Source: Xylographa opegraphella (Eukaryota). From it: a stretch of DNA of 64,000 bases. Location: contig JALDZX010000006.1 in the NCBI GenBank assembly GCA_022813865.1, forward strand, positions 558,001 to 622,000, given 5' to 3'. Below, piece after piece: positions 12,355-25,124 of the stretch (its first letter is position 1; the number at the start of each line of letters is the position of its first letter). Under the pieces are notes generated by a model. That model had not been told where the DNA came from, did no database searches, and saw only the letters and a program-made list of their open reading frames with translations. A program made the translations under genes and the position numbers.

Positions 12355-14197
12355 TCACATATAGCTAGCAAAAGGCAATCCTATTTTCTCTTTGATATAC
12401 TCAAGGACGCCAACGATCTGTCCCAATCGGTCAGCATGCTTCAAGGTCCGTTGACATGATCTAGACTTGCCTTTTCATCTTCGTACCTCCGGCCAACAAG
12501 TTGCAACGAAATCGGAGCACCCTGAAACTTCTCTGGGTCGTCTACGAGAGATCAGTGAGCTCTTGACAGGCGATGGATTAGCAGACTTACATAATTGATG
12601 GTTGAACTCATCCTTCGGATTCATAGGCTCATAGTCTTTATCGGCTGGATCGACCTTCGAATTAACCTTCGACACGGGAAACACAAGCGTAGGATAGTCA
12701 AGCAAATTCCACTGGCTAGTATAGCCCCAATATTTTGCTGAATTCAGAAGTGGCGCTACTCCTGGACCAACCGGACACAATATCACGTCTACCGCTGATT
12801 CAGGTTCCCCCTCTTCATTCTTTCCTGTAGCAGTCTCGTTCCAAACCTTAGCATAAGCCCGTCTATACTGCTCACGTCGACACTGCCAATACCATGTATC
12901 CCTAACACTGTGATGCTTGACATAAGGATTTTCTTTGATGATGAAATTGGACATTGGGCGCCAGGGTTCTCCAGATGCATTAATCGCGTCGGATTCCTCC
13001 TTCGCTCCATCGCAGAAGTATAAGCTGGCGATAATCTCCCATGCCTCGTCGTGTTTATATGGTTTCCAGTCCACTAGCTCAACGTCATTGATGCCTTTCA
13101 GTTTCTCTGCGACTTCTTTCAAGGCACGGGTGACCGGTGGATGGGGTTGCACTACTCCGTCATTCCAAAGTACTGCGATCTTTAAGGGTCTCCTCCCAAT
13201 ACCATTCAACTGATTGTCAATCCAAGGTATTGGTATTAAGGAAGGCTCGACCAGCCAGGGTTTTGCTGCGACAATTGTCCTCATGAATATTTTTATTCCT
13301 TCCAAGCTCGTACTCAGAGGCCCTATAACTGGTATAATATGTTCTGAACCGGCCATAGTAGCGCTTAATCCGTCAAATGGTAACCGGAAGCTGGTTGGAC
13401 GCAAGCCATAGACTCCGTTATTAGCAGCAGGACTACGAATACTCCCTCCAATGTCAGTCCCAATCCCTAGACAGCTACCTCGAAGACCCATCAAGGCACC
13501 TTCGCCGCCTGAGGAGCCACCTGAGGTCAATTCATGATTGTATGGATTGACAGTAACACCATATAGATTGCTGGATGTCTCCAAGTGCATCAAACTCTGG
13601 GGTTGTGTAGTGCGTACATAGAAAACACAACCCGCATTCCATAAGACCTTCAAGATATGAGCGTCATCTTCGGCTTTATGGTCCCACCAGCTAATGAAAC
13701 CGGCATTCAGACCAAGATCTTTCATTCCAATATGTTCTTTGACACTAATAGGCAGACCATGCAGAGGTCCAATGGGTCGCTTATGCTGCGCATAGTAGTC
13801 ATCGAGTGATTTAGCTCGCGTAAGAGCTCTCTCAGGTAAGAGCTCCGTAACACAATTGGCCTACGAACTTCAGTCTGGCTACTACCGAAGCCGTTCTATT
13901 GTATCGACTCACCAATTTTTGTGCAAGGCCGGCACGGCGAAGAAATGCCTTTGTAATGATAGTACTGGTCAACTCACCAGAAGCAAGCGACTTGAGCAAA
14001 ACTTCGGGCAACGTCTGAGTAATTTCGACTTCTTCTTTTGAGAGTAACTCCTGCGGTATCGAAGTCACATCTCGCGGCAGGTATTGCGGAACATCTGGGA
14101 CTGCCGGCTCAACACGCGCAATGCTTGCATCTCGATACTCCTGCGCGGTCTTCGCTACCACCTTCCAGCCCAATTTTTCTGAACTTGTCTCTGTCAT
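12355..14197 (-). CDS. Amidase signature family enzyme (acetamidase-like); exons 14197-13913, 13860-12591, 12541-12471, 12417-12355
   Basis: GPLHGLPISVKE, GGSSGGEGAL, GIGTDIGGSIRSPA, WNLLDYP and GAPISLQLVGRRYEDEK motifs; last intron is GC-AG. Confidence 0.95.
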
Positions 14198-14446
14198 TGC
14201 GAAAATTGTGATCCCCAGAGCTTTCAAGAGCGGGATACAACGAGGACGACATTGGGTTAGCCAGTAGATACTGATTGAGTCCTCTGCGGAGGAAGGAGGG
14301 GAAGCGCTATCGATGTCGATAAGGAAATTATGCAGTATCCTAGGCTAGGGGCTAGACTAGTCCACTTACACAAATATTTGTGCATGGATGTGTCTATGTC
14401 ATTGAATCGTGGAGCTCTTCGGCGAGCATCAAGGTAGACTACAAGA

Positions 14447-15094
14447 ATGGGCTCACTCTCTTCCAAGGCGACAAAGACTGCTGCTGGCGCAGCTCAACGC
14501 CAGTTTCCCAAGACTACCTCTCCCCCGAACCCCGCTTCTACCTCAATGGCTCCATCCCCTCCTCCAGGCCCTTCAGTCTATCCAAGGCAGCCGCATGCCA
14601 ACAGCACCCGAGACGACAGTAAGCTTCCCTCAGTTGCGAGTTTTTGTCAATTACTCATCTGTACAGCTATAAACCGTGATGCCGCCGATCCCGACTTCGC
14701 GCGTTCCTTACGCTCTCTAGGCCCAGTCACACCGTCGCCTACATTCTCGAACTCCTCCGTATTCAATTCTGCCCAGCAGAACACTTCCAGCTATCCTCCG
14801 CCCCAAATGTTTCCTTCGGCTGCCACAAATCCCGCATTACAGATCCTGGACGCTCGGAATCGTCTCACAGATGCTGCTGAGGCTGAATTCAGCGAAATGG
14901 GCAGGAGAGGATTTCAGGGGAAGCAATTTATGGATGTGGTGCTTATACGGCAAGCTTTGATGATGAGAGATGAGAAGGGGATGTCAGACACCGAGATTGA
15001 GAAGACACTAGGACTCAAGAATGGCGTTGTGGCACGATTGGGCAGGAAAGGCACCGTAGGGGATGTGTCAGTAGAAGGGGCTTTTGCCGGCTGA
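14447..15094 (+). CDS. Fungal hypothetical protein with N-myristoylation-like start (MGSLSS) and C-terminal HTH-like segment; probable 48-nt in-frame intron 14619-14666
   Basis: 215-aa ORF; IRQALMMRDEKGMSDTEIEKTLGLKNGVVARLG resembles a helix-turn-helix; GTAAGC...CAG intron. Confidence 0.7.
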   Translation: MGSLSSKATKTAAGAAQRQFPKTTSPPNPASTSMAPSPPPGPSVYPRQPHANSTRDDSKLPSVASFCQLLICTAINRDAADPDFARSLRSLGPVTPSPTFSNSSVFNSAQQNTSSYPPPQMFPSAATNPALQILDARNRLTDAAEAEFSEMGRRGFQGKQFMDVVLIRQALMMRDEKGMSDTEIEKTLGLKNGVVARLGRKGTVGDVSVEGAFAG

Positions 15095-15216
15095 CGAAGA
15101 TGCGCAATGGAACACGTCGGTCCCGGACTTGAGAAAGATTTCTGGATGCAAGGGAATTTCGGAAGCTATGCCAAGAACAAGAGATATATACACGTTCGGC
15201 TCCTTCTGTCAGTGGC

Positions 15217-16294
15217 TTACCATGCAGCATGCCCACCATCCATCCTCAGATCCGATCCTGTCATAAAGGACGATGCATCGCTAATGAGGAAGACTGCCGC
15301 CCCTCGATACTCTTGCGGCTTGCTGAGTCTACCGAGCATGTTTTGCTTGGGCCACTCTGTTCTTCGTTCGGGATATTGCTTGAAAAGCTCTTCAACCATG
15401 GCTGTGACGATATAGCCTGGAGAAATAGTGTTTACCCTTATACCATATTCTCCCCACTCGGATGCGAGATTTCTTCCGAGTTGTATGACACCGGCCTTTG
15501 AAGCGTTATACGCAGGACAGATGAGACCCTGGAACCTTCAGTTAATGGAAATGGCAATAATCGGATTTTGACCGTACCCTATTTGCTATTGTGCCGCTCA
15601 TACTTGCAATCATTACGATGCTCCCGCCATTTCCAAACTTAATCATCTGTTTTGCCACAGCCTGAGACGTCATGAATACGCCCGTGATGTTGACCTCAAA
15701 CATCATGTTCGCATCCTTTGCAGTATAGTCCAGCGCCGTTGTCTCTTGCTGTATACCTGCCGCAGCGATCAATCCGTCCATCCGTCCATGTTTCGCTCCA
15801 ATGTCGCTGACAACTTTGTTCAACCCCTTATTATCCCGAACATCAATCTGTCGGTACTCGAATGAGGTTCCGAGTTCTTCGCTGGCCCGCTTTTGAACAC
15901 GGTAGAAGTCTGGAGATGGCTCTGCAAGGCGGTCAAGAGCGTACACGGTGGCGCCAGCCTCTAACAAAGCTTCGGCTTGTGTCAGACCCAGTCCACGAGC
16001 AGCGCCAGAGACTAATACAACTTTCCCCCCAAGACTGAGCTCGGGCAGTCGGTTGGTGGAGCCCAGAGAGCCTACAGTGTCGACATTGCCTTCCAAATTC
16101 TCTGCTATTTTAGAGGGATTTGTGAATAAGTTTCGACTGGCTATACATGGAAGGCGAACTTTTGGTGAATTTTTGCTTGCAAAGGATGCCGTTGGCCAGT
16201 TTGTACGAAGGAAGGGGCGGCCAGCGTTGCCAGAAATTGACTGTGCCAATAGAGTGCGTGCTCCACGAGAGGTTTGCAGCAGCCGAGACTTCAT
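15217..16294 (-). CDS. Short-chain dehydrogenase/reductase (polyol/arabinitol dehydrogenase-like) with probable mitochondrial presequence; intron 15577-15529
   Basis: VSGAARGLG Rossmann motif, IASMSG, YNASK catalytic motif, TGSDLRMDGG; Arg/Ser-rich acid-free N-terminus. Confidence 0.92.
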
Positions 16295-17643
16295 ATCTTG
16301 AAGCTTTATATAAAGATCAAAGAAGGAAATGAAGAGTGTAAGGTGCTTGCCCAATCAATTCTGTCGCTCGAGGCTCAGCAGTAAGCTCTAGCAAGTATTC
16401 CTGATAGCGAGCTCCTCAGAAGCTGCAATTTGACACAACGAATAGATATCTCGCAGCGTCTTTCTTTGGCCTTTAATCAGTAGCAGTCGAATCGAGCGTT
16501 GCGAGCCGCCAATGACTCGGTATCCGATGGTCGTGAAATCCTTATGGGAAATTTCTCCGTACCGGTAAAACGAATATTTAGCCATGTCGAAGAACAGCAT
16601 GCGGGGTGGCGGGGAAGCTGTCCACGGCCGAGCCCTATCCTAAGCACGCAGGATAGTTTGTCTAGTTTGTTTGTTGCATGGCGGCCAGGCATGATATTCT
16701 TTCATCTCCGCATCCGTTCTGGAGAATTTACATGATCCAAAAGGAACGTATCGTGGCTGAGGACATGGCTGAATATTCATACACAAGCTCTCAATGGCAA
16801 GAAGGGACAAGCTGATAGTTCTAGAATCATAAGCTTGCGCAACTAAAGCTCCGCATCAATATCGATCCGTAAAGTGACAAGGCTCGACAGCTTAAATGTA
16901 CCGAGGTACGCAATAACCACTTGGTTCAGATTACGCTACAGAATCCTGCCAGAGACTTCGACCCTCACAAGCTACGAGGGTGTTGACGGTCGGCATCGCC
17001 GTTTCGCAGCTCAATTCCAAGGAGTCTTCTCCCTTGTGCAGCTCTCCCATCGTGGCTGAGTGGCTGGGAAAGATGTTGAAGAATGATGGGAGAATTGCAT
17101 TGGGGGTTTGGGGTATGTATTCATTCTCCTTCTTATCTCGTTTGATCCCTTTGGCGACCTGTAGCAACCGAATAGTGTTTTCGTGTTCGTTGATCAACAA
17201 GCCGTGGAGTGCACCTATACGTAGCGCAGGATTCCCTAGCTCCAGTCCGCAGAAACTTCAAAGAGATTTCAGTCTTCATACCCTTAAGGTTACTTCATAT
17301 AGCACATCGAGCAGCACACTGTATATCACATAACCTACAGATGGATCAGGGATCCTGAATTACTCAAGAGTAGATAACATTAAGAAATAGGTGCGAGTAT
17401 GTTTGGACAGCGTACAAAGCCGATGCTTGAGTTGATATCAAAGTGCGTGACGTGTGGTGCCAGTATGCTTGAATTGTCAGCAGAAGCAATGGCTATAGAC
17501 CCCTCGAAGACAGTGCCCTTGGGAGGGCACTTGCAGACGCGTGATGTCTGTGGTTTGCATCGAAGAACCTGCTCTGCGAAGTCTTGTTCCCATAAGTTTA
17601 AGACCACGGGACAGCCTTTTCTCCTTACAAATCTGCCAGAATA

Positions 17644-18668
17644 CTACCGCAAGCCTGAAAGTCTGCGCTCCTGGACTTCGCTCAGTGCTCTTATGCCACC
17701 GAGAAAAATTATCAGCCCTACCGCTGCCGCTGCCGGCAGTGTTTGGAACAGATTCCATGTCGTATAGTACATGAAGAAGACGCCCTCCATACTTAAGATT
17801 GAGCCGAAAAATAAACCATGAGATAAAAGGGAGTCCTTAAGCGCTTTGGAAAGATGGTTGACATTGGCTCCCAAAAAAAGCCACTATTATGTATAGGAAT
17901 TAGTTTTGTCCTTCGATACAAGATTGTCATACTCACAGTTCCCAGCAACACAGGAAGCGCAGCGAGCACAATCGCGGTAAAGAACAGTGATATGACCATC
18001 GGGGGGCTTTTGGGATCGGACTTGAAGATGTGATGAATTTCGGGAAGCTTTCCATAGCGAATTGGCTCCTCGGTGCTAGGTATAGGCTCGCTAGAATCCC
18101 GCTTGATTCTGATAGTAAATACCGCTTTGTTGTATGGTGTCGACGATCCAAAAGAGGCAATTATCAGAGATGCCATGAGATCACTTGAAGTACTCAGGAG
18201 TTGAGAAGGGATCTCCTTTTGTGTCTACACCTGTTTGTTAGTATCTCCAAGCACAACGACATCCCCAAGTGCCATACCAGTTCTAATTTTCCCTTCCCGC
18301 TATCTTTTATTGTGAGAGCGAACGAAGTCTCCAGGCCGGTACCTGCATCCTTGAGGTTGAGGAACGCCTGGTGTGGCCGCTTTGCTGTATTCCCATCCTT
18401 GGTTGTTAGAATTATCTTTAATGTATCGGATACACCTAATTGAATCGCTTGGGATAAGGGTTGGTTTTCCACCAGCCTGTACCGCTTAGCCAGTGTTCTT
18501 TCGCAGTCTAAAGTGGGATATTTACTTCTCTCTGGAGCCTGCGCCGACCCCTGCACCTTTGCTCTGGACCGTGACCGTGGCATCGGTGAATCCCCAAGCA
18601 GCACCAGAGACTAGAGAATTAGCTCCAGCTAGAATAAAGAGTGAAATGCCCAAGGCGGAGAAGCGCAT
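17644..18668 (-). CDS. SWP1: Oligosaccharyltransferase subunit Swp1/ribophorin II, multi-exon
   Basis: Signal peptide, KRPHQAFL, RYGKLPEIHHIFKSDPKSPP, three C-terminal TM segments ending ALSEVQERRL. Confidence 0.93.
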
Positions 18669-19348
18669 TGTGATCCGTGAACAGCTTGTGACGAAAGACT
18701 TGTTCACACAGCTTTTTGAAAGAGGAAACGTAACTACCTATGTCTACTAGCGCGCCAGGAACTAGCGAGACTCGTCAAGCGACCGGGGTTCTTTCGAGAT
18801 CACGAAAGCGCTTTTAGAACCTCATAAATTAAGTGTCTTGTCTATAGTCATTCCTGCACGCGCTGCTCATTTGCTTACAACTGCCGACTCGTATTTTGTG
18901 CTAAAAAGGATTGCCCAACTTGCTCCGACTAGCTAATGAAGTAGACATGCGCTGCCTGTGCTCAAACTCCCGAAGTTAGGGCAAGGGCCAGACCTGTCCG
19001 CACCGTAAGTCTCACTACATTTACATCAGCGATTCATTTCCGGTGTGAATTATGGACTAAAACGCTCGCAGTATACAGCCCTTAGTCTACCGTTGCGCGC
19101 ACTTTTAGGCGTTGACTTTGCATTGGGCTTACCAGCATTGAGCCGACCTTGACTCCAACCCTTCTATAGAACGCTGTTTCACTGGAGTGTTCATTTTCGT
19201 CGCTATTGACCGCCAAGAGTCTAGCTCTGCCTCACAGTCTTTCCATACCTACCTCCGAAAGCTCATTAGACGCCGTCTGCTCCTCAATAGACTTCGGGTC
19301 GCTTGATATAAACTTGAGCACAGGTCGGCTGCTGTACACTTTCCTACG

Positions 19349-21476
19349 ATGAACGGGGACACAATCACGGTCAACCCAACCGCCCACAAGGGCCATCGGG
19401 CCAAACGTATCAAAATAGAACAGACAGTAGCCAGAAGTAATGTCACCACTAGACGAACAGTCTCGGAACGCATGATCCGAAGTAATGCTATACATGAGAA
19501 AACAGCCGAATCTGTTCAAGACTCGAGCTCAAGTGGATTGCACAACACTTCGTTATCCCAAATTCACAAGGACTTCTCCACTGCACAATTTACAGATGTG
19601 CTACCAGCGAAGCATGCCAGTGGGGACGAACAGCATATCAGGGAATATTCACCACCGTCCACACTTTTCTTACCTAAGCTAGCTGTGCCAGGTAGCCGCC
19701 ATAGTCCAGAAATCTCCTCAAATATCGATTTCCAGAATGCTCCATCAGATCCGATAGAGCTGGCTTGGTGGGTGGCTCAGCAGATCACGCACTTTCACAG
19801 CAGCCAATCGGAATCACCAGAGGTAGTAGCCGACAAAGCAACACTTGGTGTGATATCGCATCCACCAGGAGTATGTACTCGTCGCTCGGATACCAACCTA
19901 GAGCCACTCCAGGTTGCTGAACGGGAGAGACTTCGAGGGGAGAATCGTGAAAGAAAAAAGCGATGGAGAGAAACTAATGCTGAGAGAAGTACGTAGAGTT
20001 TGATCACCTATAACAACGTCAGGACTGTCATAGCTAACAGAAACTATCTTTATAGACAAGGACAATGATTTGAAATGTCGTATCAACAAGAGGGCCAAGG
20101 CCAAATTCGGCATTGGCTCCAGTGCTGAGAAAACTGCATATGTTGAATCAGAATTTAACAAGCGTCGTAACAAACGCGAGAAGAAACAACGTGCTCGCGC
20201 AATGGAAGCTGGAGAGTTCCCAAGCTATGTTATTGCTCCTGAACTTGGCGATCGTATCTTCTCATCGCAAAATCCAGATCTATCAAGTCAAGTGCAAACT
20301 GCGGGCAATTTGCTCATGAATGCTTTGTTCGGTGTAGGAAGCGACGGCAATAAAAGGGCAACGGCTGAAGCCGCAGTCGCGCTACGAGCAGCCCTCGAAG
20401 ACGGTACCCTCGACTCTAAGCCGTTCATTGAAGCTCTAAAGGTTATGGCACTAAATGCGGAACTCATGCAAGGCATCAGGTCAAAGCTAGATGACGGAGA
20501 CGATGAAGATCATGAAGCTTTGAGTGGAGAAGAAAATGAATCTCAACCACTGCAATCAGCCGCAGGACACGAAGAATCTAGTACTCCCCAAAGCTCAACT
20601 TCTCAACAGCAGTCAAGTGAAATCATCAAAGCCCTGAATGCAGCAACCGCTCTGCTTAACCAAATGACAGACACAAAGGCATACGCATCGCCCTATGGCA
20701 ACCCCCCGCCTCCAGTACCAGCAGTGACTGAAGTTAAAAATAATAAAGCGACAAAGATACACGGGACTGATGCCACAAGCCCGCCCGATGACACTAATAA
20801 ACACGGTCTCGATCAATCACAGATCGATGCGATCCTCTCTTTAGCAAACGGCGGTTCTCTTACCGATGACGAAGACGACAAAACAATTGCCGACCCCGAT
20901 GAAGATAACGCTCAAGACCTTGGCCTATCTAGCATGCCACGAGTCGATATGGAAATCACTGCAACCCTTCAACGTATCATCGAACAGTTCACGACGGAGC
21001 GTACTGGTGTGCTAGCCTCGAGCGAACCACCAGCGGTCTCTACTGGCGACCCCGTAGCAGACGCTAATGGGTCGGTTGAGCAACAGGCTGTTGCTCTGAA
21101 TAAGCTCTATATGCAAGCCGGCGTTTCCATCAACACAATTATGCCAGCTGCACAGAGTCAAGCCATATCTCAATTCTTTGTAAATCTTTCAAACCGAGCA
21201 CGTTCATCTCCTCCGTCCGGTGGCATCAATCCTGCTCACGCAGGTACGTATGGTAATACAGCGCAGATGCAACAGAGAATGCTTGCCAACCCAGTAATTT
21301 TCGGACAGCCTCAATACCAACCACAGCATCCACTTCTGCCATCCGCACTTACACCAAGACCTACCGTTGTCGGGCCGCCCGTAAGGATGATCACCCCTGA
21401 AGAACAGTTGAAGATCAAGAGTTACGGCTTTCCTCCACTACCAGGATCTAGACCTGGTGCAAAGAGAAAGGTTTGA
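19349..21476 (+). CDS. DUF3020-domain (Spp41-like) nuclear protein; intron 19989-20055
   Basis: Splicing restores RGENRERKKRWRETNAERNKDNDLKCRINKRAKAKFG...EFNKRRNKRE, the remembered DUF3020 pattern. Confidence 0.8.
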
Positions 21477-22011
21477 ATATTGGGAATTATGTTGCAAAGT
21501 AATGTATCGAGTTTTGGATGCTAGACTATGTTTGTGACAGCGTGCGATCGTGGATCAGGGCTGGCATCGTGAGTAGGACGGTACCAACGCGACATTTGGC
21601 AAGCCCCGGATAACCGTTGATACTCTCTCATACCAGATGCCTTTCTTTGATGTAGTTTCTTGTAGTGTAATATTGGCAATGCTAAAAGCCTTAGCCTTAC
21701 AACTTCAACTTGAGAAACCTGAGAATATCCTTGTGTAGTGTTGTGAATTGCAAAACGCGATAAAACCATGACCTGATAACTAGGTACTAGTCGCTCGTTT
21801 ACATGTCCAACATGGATTTCGAAGCACTCGTCAAAGATTACTTGTGCAGAAATTTGGGGAAGCACTTTCTAACTAGTCGACGGGGATTATGAGAAGTCAG
21901 AAACGTCCTTGCTGAAAAACTTAATCATCATACAGTCTATCTGGTTTGCACGCTAGTAATGATATTGATACAGGTACGAAGTAACGCCCCAGTCCCGGCC
22001 GTGTTCAACTC

Positions 22012-22671
22012 CTAGAGAATCCTACAGCTGAATATGCAAACAATGCAAGCACCCACGCCGTGATCTGAGCAAATGTATGTATTGGGAATCCAGAGTCGTG
22101 TATGGTACCATGCTAACAAGCACCAAACCACATTCGTCAAATGCTCTATGTCTACCCTACTGTCGTTAACCTCTATGCCAATTTTTGAAGCGCTGTAGGT
22201 GGACGTACCAGGAGGAGGGATCTGCGACGATGGCCTCAGACCTGGTAGCATTGGCGCGGGATGATTATCTTTGGGAGTTGGACTGGATGCTTCCTTGTTT
22301 GGGGTTTCCGATGAGGCTGCAGGGTTCGGAGTGACTGCGTCTTTCTGTTTGGCACTCGCTGCTGCAGTCTGCTCGGGTTCTGCTCCGTCCACAATTTCTC
22401 CTTCTTCCTCGACTTCTTCGTCCATCTCAGCCACTTGTTGCTTCTTGGCTTTCCGTCGGGGTTCACTAACTACAACTATATTCAAATCAGCACGCTTTCC
22501 CTCAAATTGTTCGAAGTCTGCCGGAGGCTTCTGGTGGGTCTGTTTCAGGTGTGCGATATCTCCGGAAGTGCCATCTGTGTTTGCCAGAACGTTCTCTACG
22601 GTTTTGGGGCACTTCAGGCCATCCGCGAATGTGACTTTCTTCCTTCCTGAGGCGATTTTGGTGTCTGTCAT
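22012..22671 (-). CDS. Hypothetical low-complexity acidic/Pro-rich protein; true 3' end probably altered by an intron with GTACGT donor near 22208
   Basis: 219-aa ORF with good ATG context (GCCATGA); no recognisable domain. Confidence 0.45.
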   Translation of the reverse strand: MTDTKIASGRKKVTFADGLKCPKTVENVLANTDGTSGDIAHLKQTHQKPPADFEQFEGKRADLNIVVVSEPRRKAKKQQVAEMDEEVEEEGEIVDGAEPEQTAAASAKQKDAVTPNPAASSETPNKEASSPTPKDNHPAPMLPGLRPSSQIPPPGTSTYSASKIGIEVNDSRVDIEHLTNVVWCLLAWYHTRLWIPNTYICSDHGVGACIVCIFSCRIL

Positions 22672-22677
22672 GGCGTT

Positions 22678-23031
22678 CTACGTCGGTGTCTCTTGCAGAT
22701 CGGTAGGTGTTGGTGTTATCAAAAATTCAGGAGGAAAATCATCTTTCTTACCGCCTCGTTTGTTTTTCGAAAGTTTCTTGTAATTCTTTTCATCCTTGAT
22801 TTTCTTTTCGTATTTGCAGTAATTTTCATACTTGCCACCGCAGGCCCATTTAGAGCGAACTGGTTCATTTGATCTTCTGTTTTCCCAGCCTTTGCACATG
22901 TTCACACGCTCCTCAATGTTGAGCGGCCGTTTCTCCTCAAGTCCCGTCTTCTGAAGGTAATTACTACATGGGTACGGCTTGAGGATAGTGCACCTGCACC
23001 CATGGTATATGTATTCCCTTTTGCAACACAT
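22678..23031 (-). CDS. Small Cys-rich/basic hypothetical protein (MCCKREYIYHGCRC...)
   Basis: 117-aa ORF with an MC-x(n)-C-x-C start resembling small fungal Cys-rich proteins. Confidence 0.45.
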   Translation of the reverse strand: MCCKREYIYHGCRCTILKPYPCSNYLQKTGLEEKRPLNIEERVNMCKGWENRRSNEPVRSKWACGGKYENYCKYEKKIKDEKNYKKLSKNKRGGKKDDFPPEFLITPTPTDLQETPT

Positions 23032-23676
23032 CCCGAATCTCGACCCCGAGAATTTATTTTCTCTGTGTCCGATGTCTTCAGATACCTAGTACAATCAGTG
23101 AAACCATTATGTATATTATAAGATTGAAAACTGACAGTCAGATAAGGAAGGCAGTCTACCTGCGAGTCTTGAAAGTGTAACGGTCAGCAAAGTACAGCCG
23201 ACGGATGAGTTCCAGTATGCTACTGTGACATGGATTATAGGCAAAGGTATAGATTGGCCAGTGGTAGTAGTACCTTGTGCCGTTAAGTATAGGAAATCAA
23301 GTTTATCGTATGATAAAATTTTGATGTGTTAAGAAATGGTACGGTATCATGGTATGGAGTCTTCCGAGATGGCAGATCATAAAATGATTATCCGCCAGGA
23401 ATTTTGTGTAACAAAGCTTCGATGGCCACGAGAATGGGCTGGGACGCGCAGCGAGGGTATCTTTATACGTAGCAGAGTAGAGGTGCAGGCAAGCCCAAGC
23501 AATAGTGAATCTTAGGACCGGTGTTCCCAAGCCTGGCCATTGGTGCCGATTTCTCACTGTGAACTCACTCGAACATCAATAAGGTATCCTTGAAATCCAT
23601 TATCTTATAGCGAAACCCGTCCCGATAGCCGTGAACTCCGAGAAAACCTCCAACCAGACGCCGTCGTTGCAAGTAT

Positions 23677-24708
23677 TCACGATCCCACAGCATGCGCAAA
23701 GACCTTGGCGGCCAGCTGACTCAATAACCGTGCCTTGTCACCTTGCGGGAGCTCCTATGAAGACATCAGTGAATCCAATCGCCACTGCTATTGTGCTGCA
23801 AGAGGAAGATATTCACCTGGAATACGCTATACACGCTTTTGCCCCTCGTATCTCTTACCGCACCCAACCTGTTCCCCGCAACAGCTCCAGCGATCGCACC
23901 AGGGAAGTTGGCGACAATGAACCCCATGGCTCCTCCACTAAGCCCACCCACAACGCCCCAGAACTTGCTGGTTGGTGCAGCATGGTCTCCTTCAGCCATA
24001 CCCTCCTCTCGCAACATCTCTTCAAACACGCCGCCGAATTGATCGTTGCTGAACGTCTCTTCTTGATTCTGGGTCTTGGCGCCGCCACCAAAGCCGAAGG
24101 CGGACCATGGGAAGGAACCAGATGTCTTCGGATGATTACGAGGGATTTCCTCTTCCTCTGGATCGTCGGTGTTGAAGGAGGAAGAGTATGATGAGTAGGT
24201 GCGGGCAGAGTCATAGTCTCGCCGGCGTGAAGGGTCGGAGAGGGTATAGTAGGCATCGTTTATGCGTTGAAACTTCTTAGTCCGAGCGGGCCGCTCGGGG
24301 GAGTCGGAGGGGACGCGGTCAGGATGGGATTTGAGAGCCTGCCTGGATATGAACGTAAGAATCCTGATAGATATAGTGCAACAGGACGAGATGCTGACTT
24401 CTTGTAGGCATCGCGGATCTGCTGTTGTGTAGCAGTAGGAGAGACTTCAAGAATCTTGTCTAGGGCTTGTCAGGACTCTTGAATTACGAAGTCTTGAAGA
24501 TGGAGACGCACAGTAGTCGGGTAACGGATCTACACATTGCCAATGTCAGCATTTGAAGGCATGAGCTATATCAGGGCTTTATTTCCACGTTGAGTTGATG
24601 GCGTTTAGAAGCGCACGAGATTGGAGCACATCGCGTAGGAAGTCGCTCATATGATCGTCCTCATGGCATGATGGGATTGATGGACTGAGGAAGCCACTCA
24701 CCGGACAT
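23677..24708 (-). CDS. DnaJ/Hsp40 J-domain protein with C-terminal glycine-zipper-like hydrophobic segment; 7-nt and 18-nt first coding exons
   Basis: Spliced MSDPLPDYYKILEV...ALKSHPDRV...KFQRINDAYYTLSDPSRRRDYD; HPD motif; GAIAGAVAGNRLGAVRD. Confidence 0.9.
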
Positions 24709-25124
24709 TATACTATATGCCCAAGAGCAAAGCGAGGATGTGGTGTCACAGAAGTAGACTGCGATTTCTAGGATGCTTCGAGTTCTTCGCAGAAGGAATA
24801 CTAGACGATAACTGAATATGAATTGGACTCTAGCATATAATTTCATAGGCAAGGTGAACAAGAACACGACGATCAGGCTGTCACCTGGCAGCCTTGATAG
24901 CAGGCACTGAATGACGCATCTCGGCAGCGGCTCTGGCCCTACCTTAGGACCTATCCTAAGTACGCGCCGCGGAAATCGGGTTAACCCTGCATTAGTCCGC
25001 ATCAGATAATCCGCCTGTATCCCGTTAATGGCTGGAGGTTTGAACTTCGCTTTTTGGTCAAGGCTGGATCAAATGGGTGACTGTTCCTGATAGGCTATCA
25101 AGAAACAGAAAATCGGCTCCGCTC

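Noticed and set aside
15015..15219. GTAAGC donor overlapping the SDR stop that could give an alternative (e.g. peroxisomal) C-terminus
   Set aside because: No well-placed branch point, and the resulting extension has no PTS1
16388..17600. Possible small or decayed gene between the SDR and SWP1
   Set aside because: No family motif or coherent exon chain found
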